64,000 nt of DNA, taken from positions 9,191 through 73,190 of the forward strand of contig JAHFOV010000001.1 of assembly GCA_023261505.1 (NCBI GenBank), given 5' to 3'. Position 1 is the first letter of the stretch; each line of letters begins with the position of its first letter. This DNA comes from Planctomycetota bacterium (GTDB lineage: Bacteria; Planctomycetota; Brocadiia; Brocadiales; Bathyanammoxibiaceae). Shown piece after piece: positions 1-8,335 of the stretch. Position numbers and translations under genes: made by a program. A model generated the notes under the pieces. The model made no database searches. It saw only the letters and a list, made by a program, of their open reading frames with translations, and was not told the DNA's origin.

Positions 1-1348
1 TGAGGAGCTGTATAAGGGGGAACCTGTATTTAAAGGTCTTGGTAGTCTTATAAAAGGTAGAGTATTTACGGCGGTATTTCCACTTGAGGAATTGCAGTTC
101 CTGTGAGTCCAGGTATTTGGTCCTGACGTTGGCCCAGAAGCCATTATACTTTCTGTAGTCGTAGAGGTTGGTAATAAGCCCCTGTTTGAGGAGTTCCTCC
201 CTCATGCCTGTTTTCGGGTAAGGGGTAATTATCTGGTCGCTATAAAAATCAACGTCCATCCTGTCAAAAAACTCGTAATTCTGGGCGATATCTTCCTCCT
301 GGTCTTCTGGGTGGCCTATAATCATCCCCCCTACAATGAGGATGTTGTACTTATGCAGGAGTTCAATGGCCCTCTTTGTTCTCTCCACGATATTTCCTTT
401 TTTCATCAGTCTCAGGTTTCTTTCGGAGACGTTCTCAATCCCAAGGAAGACCAGTTCAAAGCCTGCCCTGGCCATCTTTTCTATAAGTGCCTCGGAGGAG
501 GACATACCTACGCTGCTGGCCTGCACCACGTAGGCTATATCGTTGTGGCCGGCGCGGATGATGGCATCGCATAACTCTTCAAGCCGGTTTAAATCTAAAC
601 AGATATTATCGTCAGAGATAGCCAGGTATTTAGTCCCCTGTTTTTTTGCACTGGCAATATCGGCCATCACCCTTTCCAGTTCATAGGTGCGGAAGGTCTG
701 GCCATACATGCGGCTCATACTGCAGAAATTACAGGGCATGGTACAGCCCCTGGAGGTCTCTATTATGTCAAGGCTGTGTACCCCAAAGACGTAACCTTTG
801 AATATCCTGTTAGTACGATTGGGGAGGGCAATCCTTCTCAGGTCTTCAAGGGGCCTTGGGGAATTATGTACCCAGTGCCCATTTTCCCTGAAGGACAGTC
901 CACGAACGCTCTCTGATGTGCGTCTACCTTCCAGGGCCTGGAGTAGTTCCCCGAAGCTGTGGTCGCCTTCCCCCCGCAAGATAAAATCAAAAGGTTCTGC
1001 CTGCCCATCACTGGTTATTTCATCGTACATTAGAGTGGTATGATACCCCCCCAGCACGGTCTTAATATCCTTATCAAGGGATTTTATATAAGTGGCTATC
1101 CTGCGGGCCGTATCGAACTGAAAGCTCATGGAGGTAAGACCCACTAGATTAGGCCTAAAATCCTTCAGGAGTTCCTGAATATTATCCGTTACCCTATCTT
1201 TTACCATAATCAGGTCGGCCACATAGATTTCATGATGGGGCTGCGTGGCAAGTACGTTGCCTGTAATGGTAGAGAGGGCCAGATTGGGCGCCTGCCAGGT
1301 CTTTAACTGGGGCACCATATCAGGCATAGACAATAAGAGTATTCTCAA
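1..1348 (-). CDS. B12-binding-domain radical SAM enzyme (C-terminus runs off window)
   Basis: My translation of the minus strand from TTG at 1348 reads MRILLLSMPDMV... GGAGG lies 8 nt upstream (1357-1361). A cobalamin-domain-like N-terminus (LVGLTSMSF, VLGGYH) precedes the radical SAM triad CTMPCNFC at about aa 200. The frame is open to position 1. It is absent from the ORF track because it is incomplete. Confidence 0.8.
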   Translation of the reverse strand, partial: MRILLLSMPDMVPQLKTWQAPNLALSTITGNVLATQPHHEIYVADLIMVKDRVTDNIQELLKDFRPNLVGLTSMSFQFDTARRIATYIKSLDKDIKTVLGGYHTTLMYDEITSDGQAEPFDFILRGEGDHSFGELLQALEGRRTSESVRGLSFRENGHWVHNSPRPLEDLRRIALPNRTNRIFKGYVFGVHSLDIIETSRGCTMPCNFCSMSRMYGQTFRTYELERVMADIASAKKQGTKYLAISDDNICLDLNRLEELCDAIIRAGHNDIAYVVQASSVGMSSSEALIEKMARAGFELVFLGIENVSERNLRLMKKGNIVERTKRAIELLHKYNILIVGGMIIGHPEDQEEDIAQNYEFFDRMDVDFYSDQIITPYPKTGMREELLKQGLITNLYDYRKYNGFWANVRTKYLDSQELQFLKWKYRRKYSTFYKTTKTFKYRFPLIQLL

Positions 1349-1371
1349 CGGGTCTTCCTCCAAAAGCCAAG

Positions 1372-1401
1372 ATTGTACCCATGTTTAACAAGAATTGTCA
1401 A
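1372..1401 (-). promoter_or_regulatory. sigma70-like promoter upstream of the radical SAM gene
   Basis: The minus strand reads TTGACA (1401-1396), 18 nt, then TACAAT (1377-1372). It lies about 25 nt upstream of the TTG start. Confidence 0.45.
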
Positions 1402-1462
1402 GGAATATACATTTAACCTTTGCGTCCTGAGCACCGTGTGTTTCTTTAAATTTCCGTAAATT

Positions 1463-1490
1463 GTACGGGCACGGCGCCACCGTGCCTTAC
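1463..1490. repeat. GC-rich hairpin element (GTAxGGGCAC...GTGCCxTAC type)
   Basis: gtacgggcacggcgccaccgtgccttac is a perfect stem GGCACGG/CCGTGCC. It is related to the copy at 11172-11200. Confidence 0.7.
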
Positions 1491-1604
1491 TAAGCTAGAA
1501 ATCCACCCTCGCTTAAAAACCCTACTTTTCCTCCTCGCTCGATGTTGTAAATCCGTCATTCTTGGGGCGGAGGAGGTGGAAGGGGGAGAATATGTAGGGG
1601 CTAT

Positions 1605-1632
1605 GTAGGGGCGAACCTGTGTGTTCGCCCTA
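1605..1632. repeat. GC-rich hairpin element (GTAGGGGCGAAC...GTTCGCCCTA)
   Basis: gtaggggcgaacctgtgtgttcgcccta has the stem GGGCGAAC/GTTCGCCC. Confidence 0.65.
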
Positions 1633-1680
1633 GAGCCCTTTTTTATTACCCAGCGGCATTCGCCTCAGGCGGACTGGACT

Positions 1681-1730
1681 AACCCTAATCTCCAATCCCC
1701 AATCCCTAGTCCCTAGCCCCCAGCCCCTAG
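1681..1730. repeat. Oligomer-stutter repeat arm (CCCTAG/CCCCAA units)
   Basis: ccctaatctccaatccccaatccctagtccctagcccccagcccctag uses the same CCCTAGCCCCTA motif as the right arm of the 22440-22562 palindrome. It encodes the last codons (GAGG*) of the TPR ORF. Confidence 0.6.
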
Positions 1731-2333
1731 TTTATCCAGTAGCTCTTTAAAGCGTCTCTCCCCAAGCTTCTTTTGGGTGTTGGCAAGACAGCCCATGACC
1801 GTATCAAAGTATGGAGAATTTAATTCCTTGAAGAGGCTCGCCGCCTGGAGCCATAGCCCCACTGCCTCCTCCAACCTCCCCTCCGCCTCTTCTAGTTTCC
1901 CTAATTGACCAAGGGTTATTGCGATGCCAGCCTTATCGCCAAGGTCCTTAGCTATCTCCAGGCTCTCCTCGTAGAATCTCCTTGCCTGCGGGTAGTCGCC
2001 CTGGTCTTGGCAGAGGATGCCCAGCTGGTGGAGTGTGGCAGCGATGCCAGCCTTATCGCCAAGTGCCTTTTTTATCTCCAGGCTCTCCTCATAGAATTTC
2101 CTTGCCTGCGGGTAGTCGCCCTGGGCCTGGCAGAGGGTGCCCAGCTGGTGGAGTACGGATGCCTTTTCTCTAACAGCGCCCAGTTCCTCAAAGGCCTTTT
2201 TTGCCTCCTCATAGTAATGCCTTGCCTGCCTGTAATCCCCCCTGGGCCTGGAGTGATATGGCAAGGTTGTGCAGGAGGCTAGCCTTATCTCTCTTCCTTT
2301 CTTTGCCCAGCATACCTGCGGCCTCTGCTCCAT
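1713..2333 (-). CDS. TPR-repeat protein, probably the frameshifted C-terminal part of the upstream CHAT-STAND gene
   Basis: Repeated 40-aa TPR units are present (GDYPQARKFYEESLEIKKALGDKAGIAATLHQLG, GDYPQARRFYEESLEIAKDLGDKAGIAITLGQLG). The ORF overlaps ORF 2209..4347 by 125 nt in another frame. Confidence 0.7.
   Translation of the reverse strand: MEQRPQVCWAKKGREIRLASCTTLPYHSRPRGDYRQARHYYEEAKKAFEELGAVREKASVLHQLGTLCQAQGDYPQARKFYEESLEIKKALGDKAGIAATLHQLGILCQDQGDYPQARRFYEESLEIAKDLGDKAGIAITLGQLGKLEEAEGRLEEAVGLWLQAASLFKELNSPYFDTVMGCLANTQKKLGERRFKELLDKLGAGG
1921..2160. repeat. Tandem 120-bp DNA duplication inside the TPR region
   Basis: 1921-2040 and 2041-2160 both begin gcgatgccagccttatcgccaag. Both contain ctccaggctctcctc.tagaat.tccttgcctgcgggtagtcgccctgg and cccagctggtggagt. 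Confidence 0.8.
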
Positions 2334-4347
2334 GTTCTAGGAGCCTCCTGCGTTCTGCCCAATAGCCCCGCCGGCCGAAAGGCTCAGCAACAGCAAACGC
2401 ATAAGAGATAGCCGTAGCCCATTCCTTATTCTCATACGCCCAGTCTCCCCCTGCGGCGATGTTAGCCCTTTCCAGGTCTGTAATAATTATTGCAGTTTGC
2501 GTTAACTCTCCCATATGCCTTTCTACGGCCTCCGGATCCGCCTTTTCACCTAGTTCCTTGGACACAAATTCCTTAAGGGCTTCAGGTTTAAGGGTGGCGC
2601 TTAAGAACTTGGCCAGTTCAAGGAAGTATTCGGCAAACCGCTGGTGGTAATGCCCTATCTCTTCCGGGAAGAATGTTTCCCTTGCAAATTCCCTTACGGG
2701 CGCAAGCTGATGGTAGTGCAAGTCCCGATAGCAGATAAGGTTTTTGTCGGCCAGCTCACTAAGCGAATCCCCCCAATTCTTTCCCTCCAGGTCATTAAGG
2801 GCGTGTTCCCCTGCACCGCCCCTGAATACAGAGAGGTGTGGGGTCTTTGCCTCGGTGGAAAGCCTGTCATAGGACAGATTTAGTGAGGCCCTCAGGCTGG
2901 CGCGGCGGAGGCGTTCTGGTTCGGATAGTCCCCTGGCGCTGGGATCATTTAGCGCGCCTAGCATCCGCTTGTTCAGGGCCTCATGCAGTGTCTTTAAGCC
3001 GAGGCTTGGATCCGCAAGCTGGGAGGCGGCAAGACATATGGGTAGAGGATAGCACTGAAGGGTATAACATATTTGTGATACCAAGGGGTCATCTTCACTG
3101 AAGCTTCTGTTGGCTAACAAATTCGCCTGCCAGGTAAAGACCTTACGGGCCTCCCCCGGTGCCATCACGTCTACAGGCACCTCCTTCTCCCACTCCCTAA
3201 GTCCAAGGAGCTCCCTGCTTGTAACAAGGAGTCGCGCACCGGGCGCCTTTTCTAATATTGACCTCACAATGCCTGTAGCCGTATCCTCCTCCTTTTCCGT
3301 GAGCAGGGTCTCAAAGTTATCTAAAAGGAGGAGTACTTCTTTATCAGAGAGATACCCTAGCAGGCGGTCCGTAACTTTTCCCCCGGTTTCTAACCCCATG
3401 GAGCTGGCTATTCTTTCTGGAAGGGCTTCGGCTAATGATAGGTCTTCTAGTTTTACAAGATATATGCCGTGGGGAAAATGCCTCCGCTCTCTGTGCCCGT
3501 GCCCCACCTTAAGCCCCAGGTGGCTCTTGCCTATCCCCGGAGGGCCGGTAAGGGTGACAAGCCGGTGCGTATTCAAGGCCACATTGGTGTTATAGATATA
3601 GGCCTCCCTGCCTGTAAAGTAAGGTATCTCCGGGAGGTTGCTATCTATCTGCACCTCCTCAACCTCTTTGTACTCCCCTCCTTTTGCGGGGGTAATCAAA
3701 GAGCTGTCATCTTTAATATGGCACTTAAATAGCTTAGACCATATGATTTGCGTACCAGTTCTTCTATCGTATAAGGGATAATTGTCCCCTACTTTATTGT
3801 CAGTGGCCACCACTTGAAGCGCCCTGTTGAAGGCGATGGACGGTCTTTCACCTAGGGCAAGGGAACGGTAAAATAGCTGGGCAAAGAGGAGGGCCGCCCT
3901 ATCAGCGATGAGAAACTCGGCGTCAATGTAAACGATATTAGAATAATTGTTTTGTATAAGTCCTTGGGCTGCGAGTTCTGAATGGCAGGCGCTGATGAAT
4001 ACGAGTTTGGCCCCTGAGTATAATAAGATTTTTGTCATTTCGGTGGCGTCTATGAAGTGGGTTTTTCCTTCGGGGTCTTCCAGGAGGAAGTGTCCATCAG
4101 CACTGCCGTGGCCCGTGAAGTGGACAACATCGTACTTATCGGCAAGGGCCATCTGGATTTCATCGTTTGTGGCATGGGGCAGGAAGCGGCAATGTATAGG
4201 AGCTTTGGCCGCTTGAAGGGCCACCCTGAGGCGCCCCTTTTCCTCTTCTACGTCAAGCTGTATAACGGGATGAAGCTCCCGCGACTCAAAGAAGACTAAT
4301 GGACTGCTGGCTATGACAAGTACCTTTAGGGCAGATGGTTCGGTCAT
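2209..4347 (-). CDS. CHAT (caspase-like) protease domain + STAND/NB-ARC-like P-loop NTPase + start of TPR array
   Basis: CHAT His/Cys contexts are VVHFTGHG and LVFISACHS. Walker A is GPPGIGKS and Walker B is LLLLDNFE. The helical C-terminus ends in a TPR unit that is broken by a frame change at the C6 tract 2237-2242. Confidence 0.75.
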   Translation of the reverse strand: MTEPSALKVLVIASSPLVFFESRELHPVIQLDVEEEKGRLRVALQAAKAPIHCRFLPHATNDEIQMALADKYDVVHFTGHGSADGHFLLEDPEGKTHFIDATEMTKILLYSGAKLVFISACHSELAAQGLIQNNYSNIVYIDAEFLIADRAALLFAQLFYRSLALGERPSIAFNRALQVVATDNKVGDNYPLYDRRTGTQIIWSKLFKCHIKDDSSLITPAKGGEYKEVEEVQIDSNLPEIPYFTGREAYIYNTNVALNTHRLVTLTGPPGIGKSHLGLKVGHGHRERRHFPHGIYLVKLEDLSLAEALPERIASSMGLETGGKVTDRLLGYLSDKEVLLLLDNFETLLTEKEEDTATGIVRSILEKAPGARLLVTSRELLGLREWEKEVPVDVMAPGEARKVFTWQANLLANRSFSEDDPLVSQICYTLQCYPLPICLAASQLADPSLGLKTLHEALNKRMLGALNDPSARGLSEPERLRRASLRASLNLSYDRLSTEAKTPHLSVFRGGAGEHALNDLEGKNWGDSLSELADKNLICYRDLHYHQLAPVREFARETFFPEEIGHYHQRFAEYFLELAKFLSATLKPEALKEFVSKELGEKADPEAVERHMGELTQTAIIITDLERANIAAGGDWAYENKEWATAISYAFAVAEPFGRRGYWAERRRLLEHGAEAAGMLGKERKRDKASLLHNLAISLQAQGGLQAGKALL

Positions 4348-4385
4348 AATATAATCCCATCACAAGTTACATTGAGATTGCTTTG

Positions 4386-4411
4386 TCCGCCTCAGGCGGA
4401 CTCGCAATGAC
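4386..4411. repeat. Family-1 element fragment (CCGCCTCAGGCGG hairpin + CTCGCAATGAC terminus)
   Basis: tccgcctcaggcggactcgcaatgac has the same terminus and hairpin as the elements at 26098, 39743, 43896, 46567 and 59988. Confidence 0.75.
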
Positions 4412-4456
4412 CCGTAGGGGTCAATTTGAAATTTGTAATTTGGGATTATAATCTAT

Positions 4457-4487
4457 CTCCTCCTCATCCTGAAGTAGAATTTTAATG
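4457..4487. repeat. 31-bp direct repeat: distal copy of the der 3' end
   Basis: ctcctcctcatcctgaagtagaattttaatg is identical to 5895-5925, which encodes the last 10 codons of der. Confidence 0.9.
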
Positions 4488-4792
4488 GCACCTCTTGAGG
4501 GCGCTCTTTTACACCATCAATTTAGGTGATGTTTTAGAATTCCTGGAAAAATGAAAATGGTATAAGATACCTCCGAAGTTAAGGAAACTGGTGGGCTTAA
4601 ATAATTGAAGAAAGGAGGTTTTATACCTTATTACTTACATTTTTACAGAAAAAATAGACTTGACCATCAAACCCCACCAAGTAGAATAAATGCCTAGCCC
4701 GCATTGGCTGAAGAAAAAATATGGAGCGATTAAAACAGAAGTTTTGAAAAAGACGAGAGTGAAACAGATATTAAATAAGAACAAAAATCCCT

Positions 4793-5662
4793 ATGCCTGT
4801 TAATAAGTTTATGCATAATGTTGTAGCCCTTGTCTATGACTTTGATGGGACGCTGACCCCACAGCCAATGCAAGAATACACTATTTTGCCAGAGATTGGT
4901 ATAAAGAAAGGGGACAAGTTTTGGGAAGAGGTAAGAAAAGAGGCTGTTGCTACGGGCGGTGAAGAAATTGTTACATATATGCGTTTGATGCTTGAGAAGT
5001 CAAAAGCTAAGCGTTTTCCTGTTAGACAAAAAAAATTGAAGTCTCTTGCACAAAATATAGGTTATTTTCCGGGTGTGGAGTCTTACTTTGAGCATATAAA
5101 TGGGTTTGTGAGAAACAATTTCGGCAAGGACATCAAATTGCGCCATTATATAATTTCTGCTGGCTTAAAAGAGATAATTTCCGGGACAAGCATTGCAAAA
5201 TATTTTTACAAAATATTTGCGTCAGAATATTACTACGATGAGTACGGTGCAGCGGTCTTCCCAAAAGTAATTGTCAACGACACATTAAAAACGCAATTTA
5301 TCTTTAGAATAAATAAAGGGAAGGAATCGTTGCATGAGAGTATCAACATGCATATGCCTACACCTTTAAGGCCTATTCCATTTCAGAACATCCTATATAT
5401 AGGAGATGGATTGACGGACGTACCGTGCATGACTGTTATCAGAAAATATGAGGGGTATGCAATTGCAGTATTTAAAAATCGTAAAGGGAGAAACATTTGC
5501 AAAGAATTATTAAGAGCACAGCGAGCAGACTTTATTGCAAGAGCCGACTACAGGGATAATAGTGCGCTTGTACAATTGATAAAATTGTTGTTAAATAATA
5601 TCGTTGAGGCGATTAGGTACGCGAAAGAATCGTTTCATCAGTCAAGAAAATATCTTACATAA
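4793..5662 (+). CDS. HAD-superfamily hydrolase-like protein
   Basis: Motif I is DxDxT (LVYDFDGTLT), motif II Ser is ISAGLKEI and motif IV is GDGxxD (YIGDGLTDVPCM). It is 289 aa and AT-rich. Confidence 0.7.
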   Translation: MPVNKFMHNVVALVYDFDGTLTPQPMQEYTILPEIGIKKGDKFWEEVRKEAVATGGEEIVTYMRLMLEKSKAKRFPVRQKKLKSLAQNIGYFPGVESYFEHINGFVRNNFGKDIKLRHYIISAGLKEIISGTSIAKYFYKIFASEYYYDEYGAAVFPKVIVNDTLKTQFIFRINKGKESLHESINMHMPTPLRPIPFQNILYIGDGLTDVPCMTVIRKYEGYAIAVFKNRKGRNICKELLRAQRADFIARADYRDNSALVQLIKLLLNNIVEAIRYAKESFHQSRKYLT

Positions 5663-5673
5663 GGAGGGGAAAG

Positions 5674-5808
5674 ATGAAAAAAGTATCACAAAAAAAAGTG
5701 GATAGTAGAGTAAAAAAAACTAAAACCGAAATTGTAGTTTACAGCCATCGAACGCCAACGCAGCTGCATGCATCTACTTACGTAACCGATCGTAAACAAA
5801 CAAATTAA
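5674..5808 (+). CDS. 44-aa Lys-rich small ORF coupled to the HAD gene
   Basis: AAGGAGG sits 6-7 nt upstream of the ATG and the ORF starts 11 nt after the HAD stop. It reads MKKVSQKKVDSRVKKTKTEIVVYSHRTPTQLHASTYVTDRKQTN. It is too short for the ORF track. Confidence 0.4.
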   Translation: MKKVSQKKVDSRVKKTKTEIVVYSHRTPTQLHASTYVTDRKQTN

Positions 5809-5841
5809 AAAGTTGATAATTTATTGAGGGAGGGGAGTCTT

Positions 5842-5875
5842 AAAACGCCCGTAAAACTTCACGGCTAGCGTTTTT
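5842..5875. terminator. Hairpin with T-run between convergent HAD cassette and der
   Basis: The structure is aaaacgc-ccgt-aaaacttc-acgg-cta-gcgttttt. The A-run and T-run make it usable on either strand. Confidence 0.4.
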
Positions 5876-5887
5876 ACTCCTATCCTC

Positions 5888-7252
5888 TTACCCCCTCCTC
5901 CTCATCCTGAAGTAGAATTTTAATGAGACTTCGGAGAAGGGTAGAGAGGTACGTAGCCTGTTAGCTAGATACCTTGCGTAGTTGTCGTCAAAAAGCTCAG
6001 GGTAGTTGACGAAGATTACTAAGGTGGGTGGGGAGACCTCTACCTGGGTAGCAAAGTATATCTTACCTTGTTTCCCTGCCTTACTCTTTGGTGGATGGGC
6101 TGAGAAGGCATCATGGATAATACGATTTAGTTCTGAAGTAGCTACCCTGGTACTGGACTGTTCAAAAAGCTCCTCCGCCAGGGCGACCGTCTCCGCCACG
6201 TTATCCCCGTATTTGGCGCTTATAAAAGAGAGGGGCGCATGGGAAAGGAAAGGCAAATGGGACCTGAGATACTCCTCATACTCCTCAGGTTCATGCCCCT
6301 TCGCCAGGTCCCACTTATTTATCACAAGTACACAGGGCTTGTACTCCTCGTTTATGTAGGCCCCCAGTTTTTTATCCACCTGGGAGACCTCCTCCCTGGC
6401 ATCCAGCATGAATAATACCACGTCCGCCCTCCTTATTGAACCCATAGCCCTCTCAAGGCTGTAAAAATCCAGCGTTCCTTCCACACTCCGTCTTTTCCTC
6501 ACCCCAGGGGTGTCAATGGCCACAAATACCTTGCCGTCTAGTTCAAAGCGGATATCCACAGAGTCCCTGGTCGTCCCGGGTATCTCGCTGACAATCATCC
6601 TCTCCTCCCGGGCAAGGGTATTTATCAAGGTGGACTTACCTACATTACGCTTCCCAACTACCGCTAGCCTCATGTAGGGTTCAGCACGGGTCTCCTCTGC
6701 CCTTGGCAGGAGGGCAGTAATCTCTTCCAGTAACTGCGTCCGCCCCTCACCCTGCAGGGCAGACACCGAAAGAGGCTCACCAAAACCCAGCTTATAAAAC
6801 TCCCCCTTCTGCGGCTCAAGTGAAAGACTATCCACCTTATTGGCTACTAGAATAACGGGTTTCTTAACATGGCGCAGCCTCTCCGCCACGAAGTTATCCA
6901 GAGGCACAATCCCCTCCCGCACATCCACTACGAAGACAATAATGGCGGCCCTCTCAATGGCCAGTTCTATTTGGTGCTCCACCCGGGCTCGTATCTCCTC
7001 CACATCCATTAGACCCATCCCGCCTGTATCTACCAACTCAAAACACTTGCCCCGATATTTTATTTCTGTGGATACCCTGTCCCTGGTAACACCACTAGTG
7101 GGGTCAACGATAGAGATACGCCTGCCAGCCAGGCGATTAAAGAGGCTAGACTTCCCTACATTGGGCCTGCCTACAACGGCCACCTCTGGGAGGGTTGGCC
7201 CCGACGAGATTTCAATGGGTGTGGGTTGTTTATTTTTTTCAGCTTCAACCAT
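5888..7252 (-). CDS. der: Ribosome-associated GTPase Der (EngA)
   Basis: It has two tandem GTPase domains (GRPNVGKSSLFN/DTGG/NKVD and GKRNVGKSTLIN/DTPG/NKWD) plus a C-terminal KH-like domain. Confidence 0.95.
   Translation of the reverse strand: MVEAEKNKQPTPIEISSGPTLPEVAVVGRPNVGKSSLFNRLAGRRISIVDPTSGVTRDRVSTEIKYRGKCFELVDTGGMGLMDVEEIRARVEHQIELAIERAAIIVFVVDVREGIVPLDNFVAERLRHVKKPVILVANKVDSLSLEPQKGEFYKLGFGEPLSVSALQGEGRTQLLEEITALLPRAEETRAEPYMRLAVVGKRNVGKSTLINTLAREERMIVSEIPGTTRDSVDIRFELDGKVFVAIDTPGVRKRRSVEGTLDFYSLERAMGSIRRADVVLFMLDAREEVSQVDKKLGAYINEEYKPCVLVINKWDLAKGHEPEEYEEYLRSHLPFLSHAPLSFISAKYGDNVAETVALAEELFEQSSTRVATSELNRIIHDAFSAHPPKSKAGKQGKIYFATQVEVSPPTLVIFVNYPELFDDNYARYLANRLRTSLPFSEVSLKFYFRMRRRG
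5895..5925. repeat. 31-bp direct repeat: proximal copy within der 3' end
   Basis: Identical to 4457-4487. On the minus strand it encodes LKFYFRMRRR of Der. Confidence 0.9.
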
Positions 7253-7330
7253 AACGAATTCCTTGACAATATTATACCTTGTTAAGAACCTAAACGAGAG
7301 GTAAATGGGCGGCTTATAAGGAAATGACTT

Positions 7331-8335
7331 TCAGAAAATAGTTTGGACAGCATTATATGAACTGTCCACTGTCTTTTCCCACCAGCCACGGCCCACTATG
7401 TATTCTTCACCAGGGTTTGAATCAAGGCGAGCTGTCTTGAATTTGGGCATCGTGTATCGGTAATGGTAGTAGGCATCGTCTGCCGACCTGGTATCGCCTA
7501 TTTCCTCAAAGTTCTTTATCAGCCTGAGATATACCTCCTGCCACAAGACAAGTTCATCTACACTCACCCATTCTTCTTTAATCTTCTCTTGGATATTCTG
7601 GAGTGGGCAGCCAAGCCTTCCCTCTAGCTGAGGCCAGGAGATGCGTAATTTTGGGTAGCTGGCCAGTGTCAGGTCTACACCCTTAGCAAAGCTAGCCCAA
7701 GAGAAGATTGCCTCCTCCTTGAAAGTTGCATCGTTTAAGTCCGCCTCGTCCTGGAAGCTGGCCCAGCTGAAGTACGCCCCGCCCTGGAAGGTGGAATACG
7801 AGAAGTTTACTTTTTTATCTTTGACGAAGGTTGTGTTGTTAAAATTAATATCCTTCTGAAATACAACGCTACGGTTACTCTCAAGGGTAAATCCTGCCTG
7901 GAGGTCACCCTCTAGCTTGCAGTTCGTTATGGAAATATGGGCTTTGACAAAATATACGACTGAAACCTCACTATTTTTTAATTCCTGTATTCTTTCTGGT
8001 TCAAGGCCGCTTTCTTCCAGAGGGGCTGGACTGGCACCCGCAAAGAAGTCAAGGTCGCCTTTTATGATAGCATGGTCTATGTCTATTTTCTCCACGCCCT
8101 GCTTTAGCGCCTCTATAATCCGTTTAGATTCAACCTGCCTCTCTACCTCCGGCTGATCTTCTCTGAAATGCAAAACAAGCTCTTTAGACTCCTGGGTGTA
8201 GGAGAGGGTAGAGAAGGTAATTACAAACAGGCACAAAAGGCCCTTACTTATGGGTCTGAGAACCCTGCAAAGGGTGAGAAATCCTTTAACTTCCGCAGAG
8301 GTCTCGTTTCCAACATTAAGTATTTTTACTGCCAT
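7331..8335 (-). CDS. Membrane-anchored pentapeptide-repeat protein
   Basis: An N-terminal TM helix (LLCLFVITFSTL) is followed by a central run NFSYSTFQGGAYFSWASFQDEADLNDATFKEEAIFSWASFAKGVDL. The start overlaps the upstream stop (ATGGCAGTAA). Confidence 0.65.
   Translation of the reverse strand: MAVKILNVGNETSAEVKGFLTLCRVLRPISKGLLCLFVITFSTLSYTQESKELVLHFREDQPEVERQVESKRIIEALKQGVEKIDIDHAIIKGDLDFFAGASPAPLEESGLEPERIQELKNSEVSVVYFVKAHISITNCKLEGDLQAGFTLESNRSVVFQKDINFNNTTFVKDKKVNFSYSTFQGGAYFSWASFQDEADLNDATFKEEAIFSWASFAKGVDLTLASYPKLRISWPQLEGRLGCPLQNIQEKIKEEWVSVDELVLWQEVYLRLIKNFEEIGDTRSADDAYYHYRYTMPKFKTARLDSNPGEEYIVGRGWWEKTVDSSYNAVQTIF

Larger units (their letters stand above)
4488..5894. mobile_element. 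AT-rich islet bounded by 31-bp direct repeats at the der 3' end (no recombinase)
   Basis: It is flanked by perfect 31-bp repeats at 4457-4487 and 5895-5925. It is visibly more AT-rich than its neighbours and carries only a HAD-like gene plus a 44-aa ORF. Confidence 0.55.

Noticed and set aside
1500-1560. Possible additional degenerate copy of the der 3' repeat (shared tcctcctc) that would extend the der islet to include the CHAT-STAND gene.
   Set aside because: Beyond the 8-mer, the manual alignment collapses to near-random identity.
1905-4299. Plus-strand ORFs antisense to the CHAT-STAND/TPR genes (1905..2282, 2644..2883, 3110..3595, 3947..4216 and others).
   Set aside because: They lie entirely within a longer, motif-supported minus-strand gene. 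Their low-complexity Ser/Pro/Arg-rich translations are typical of shadow ORFs.
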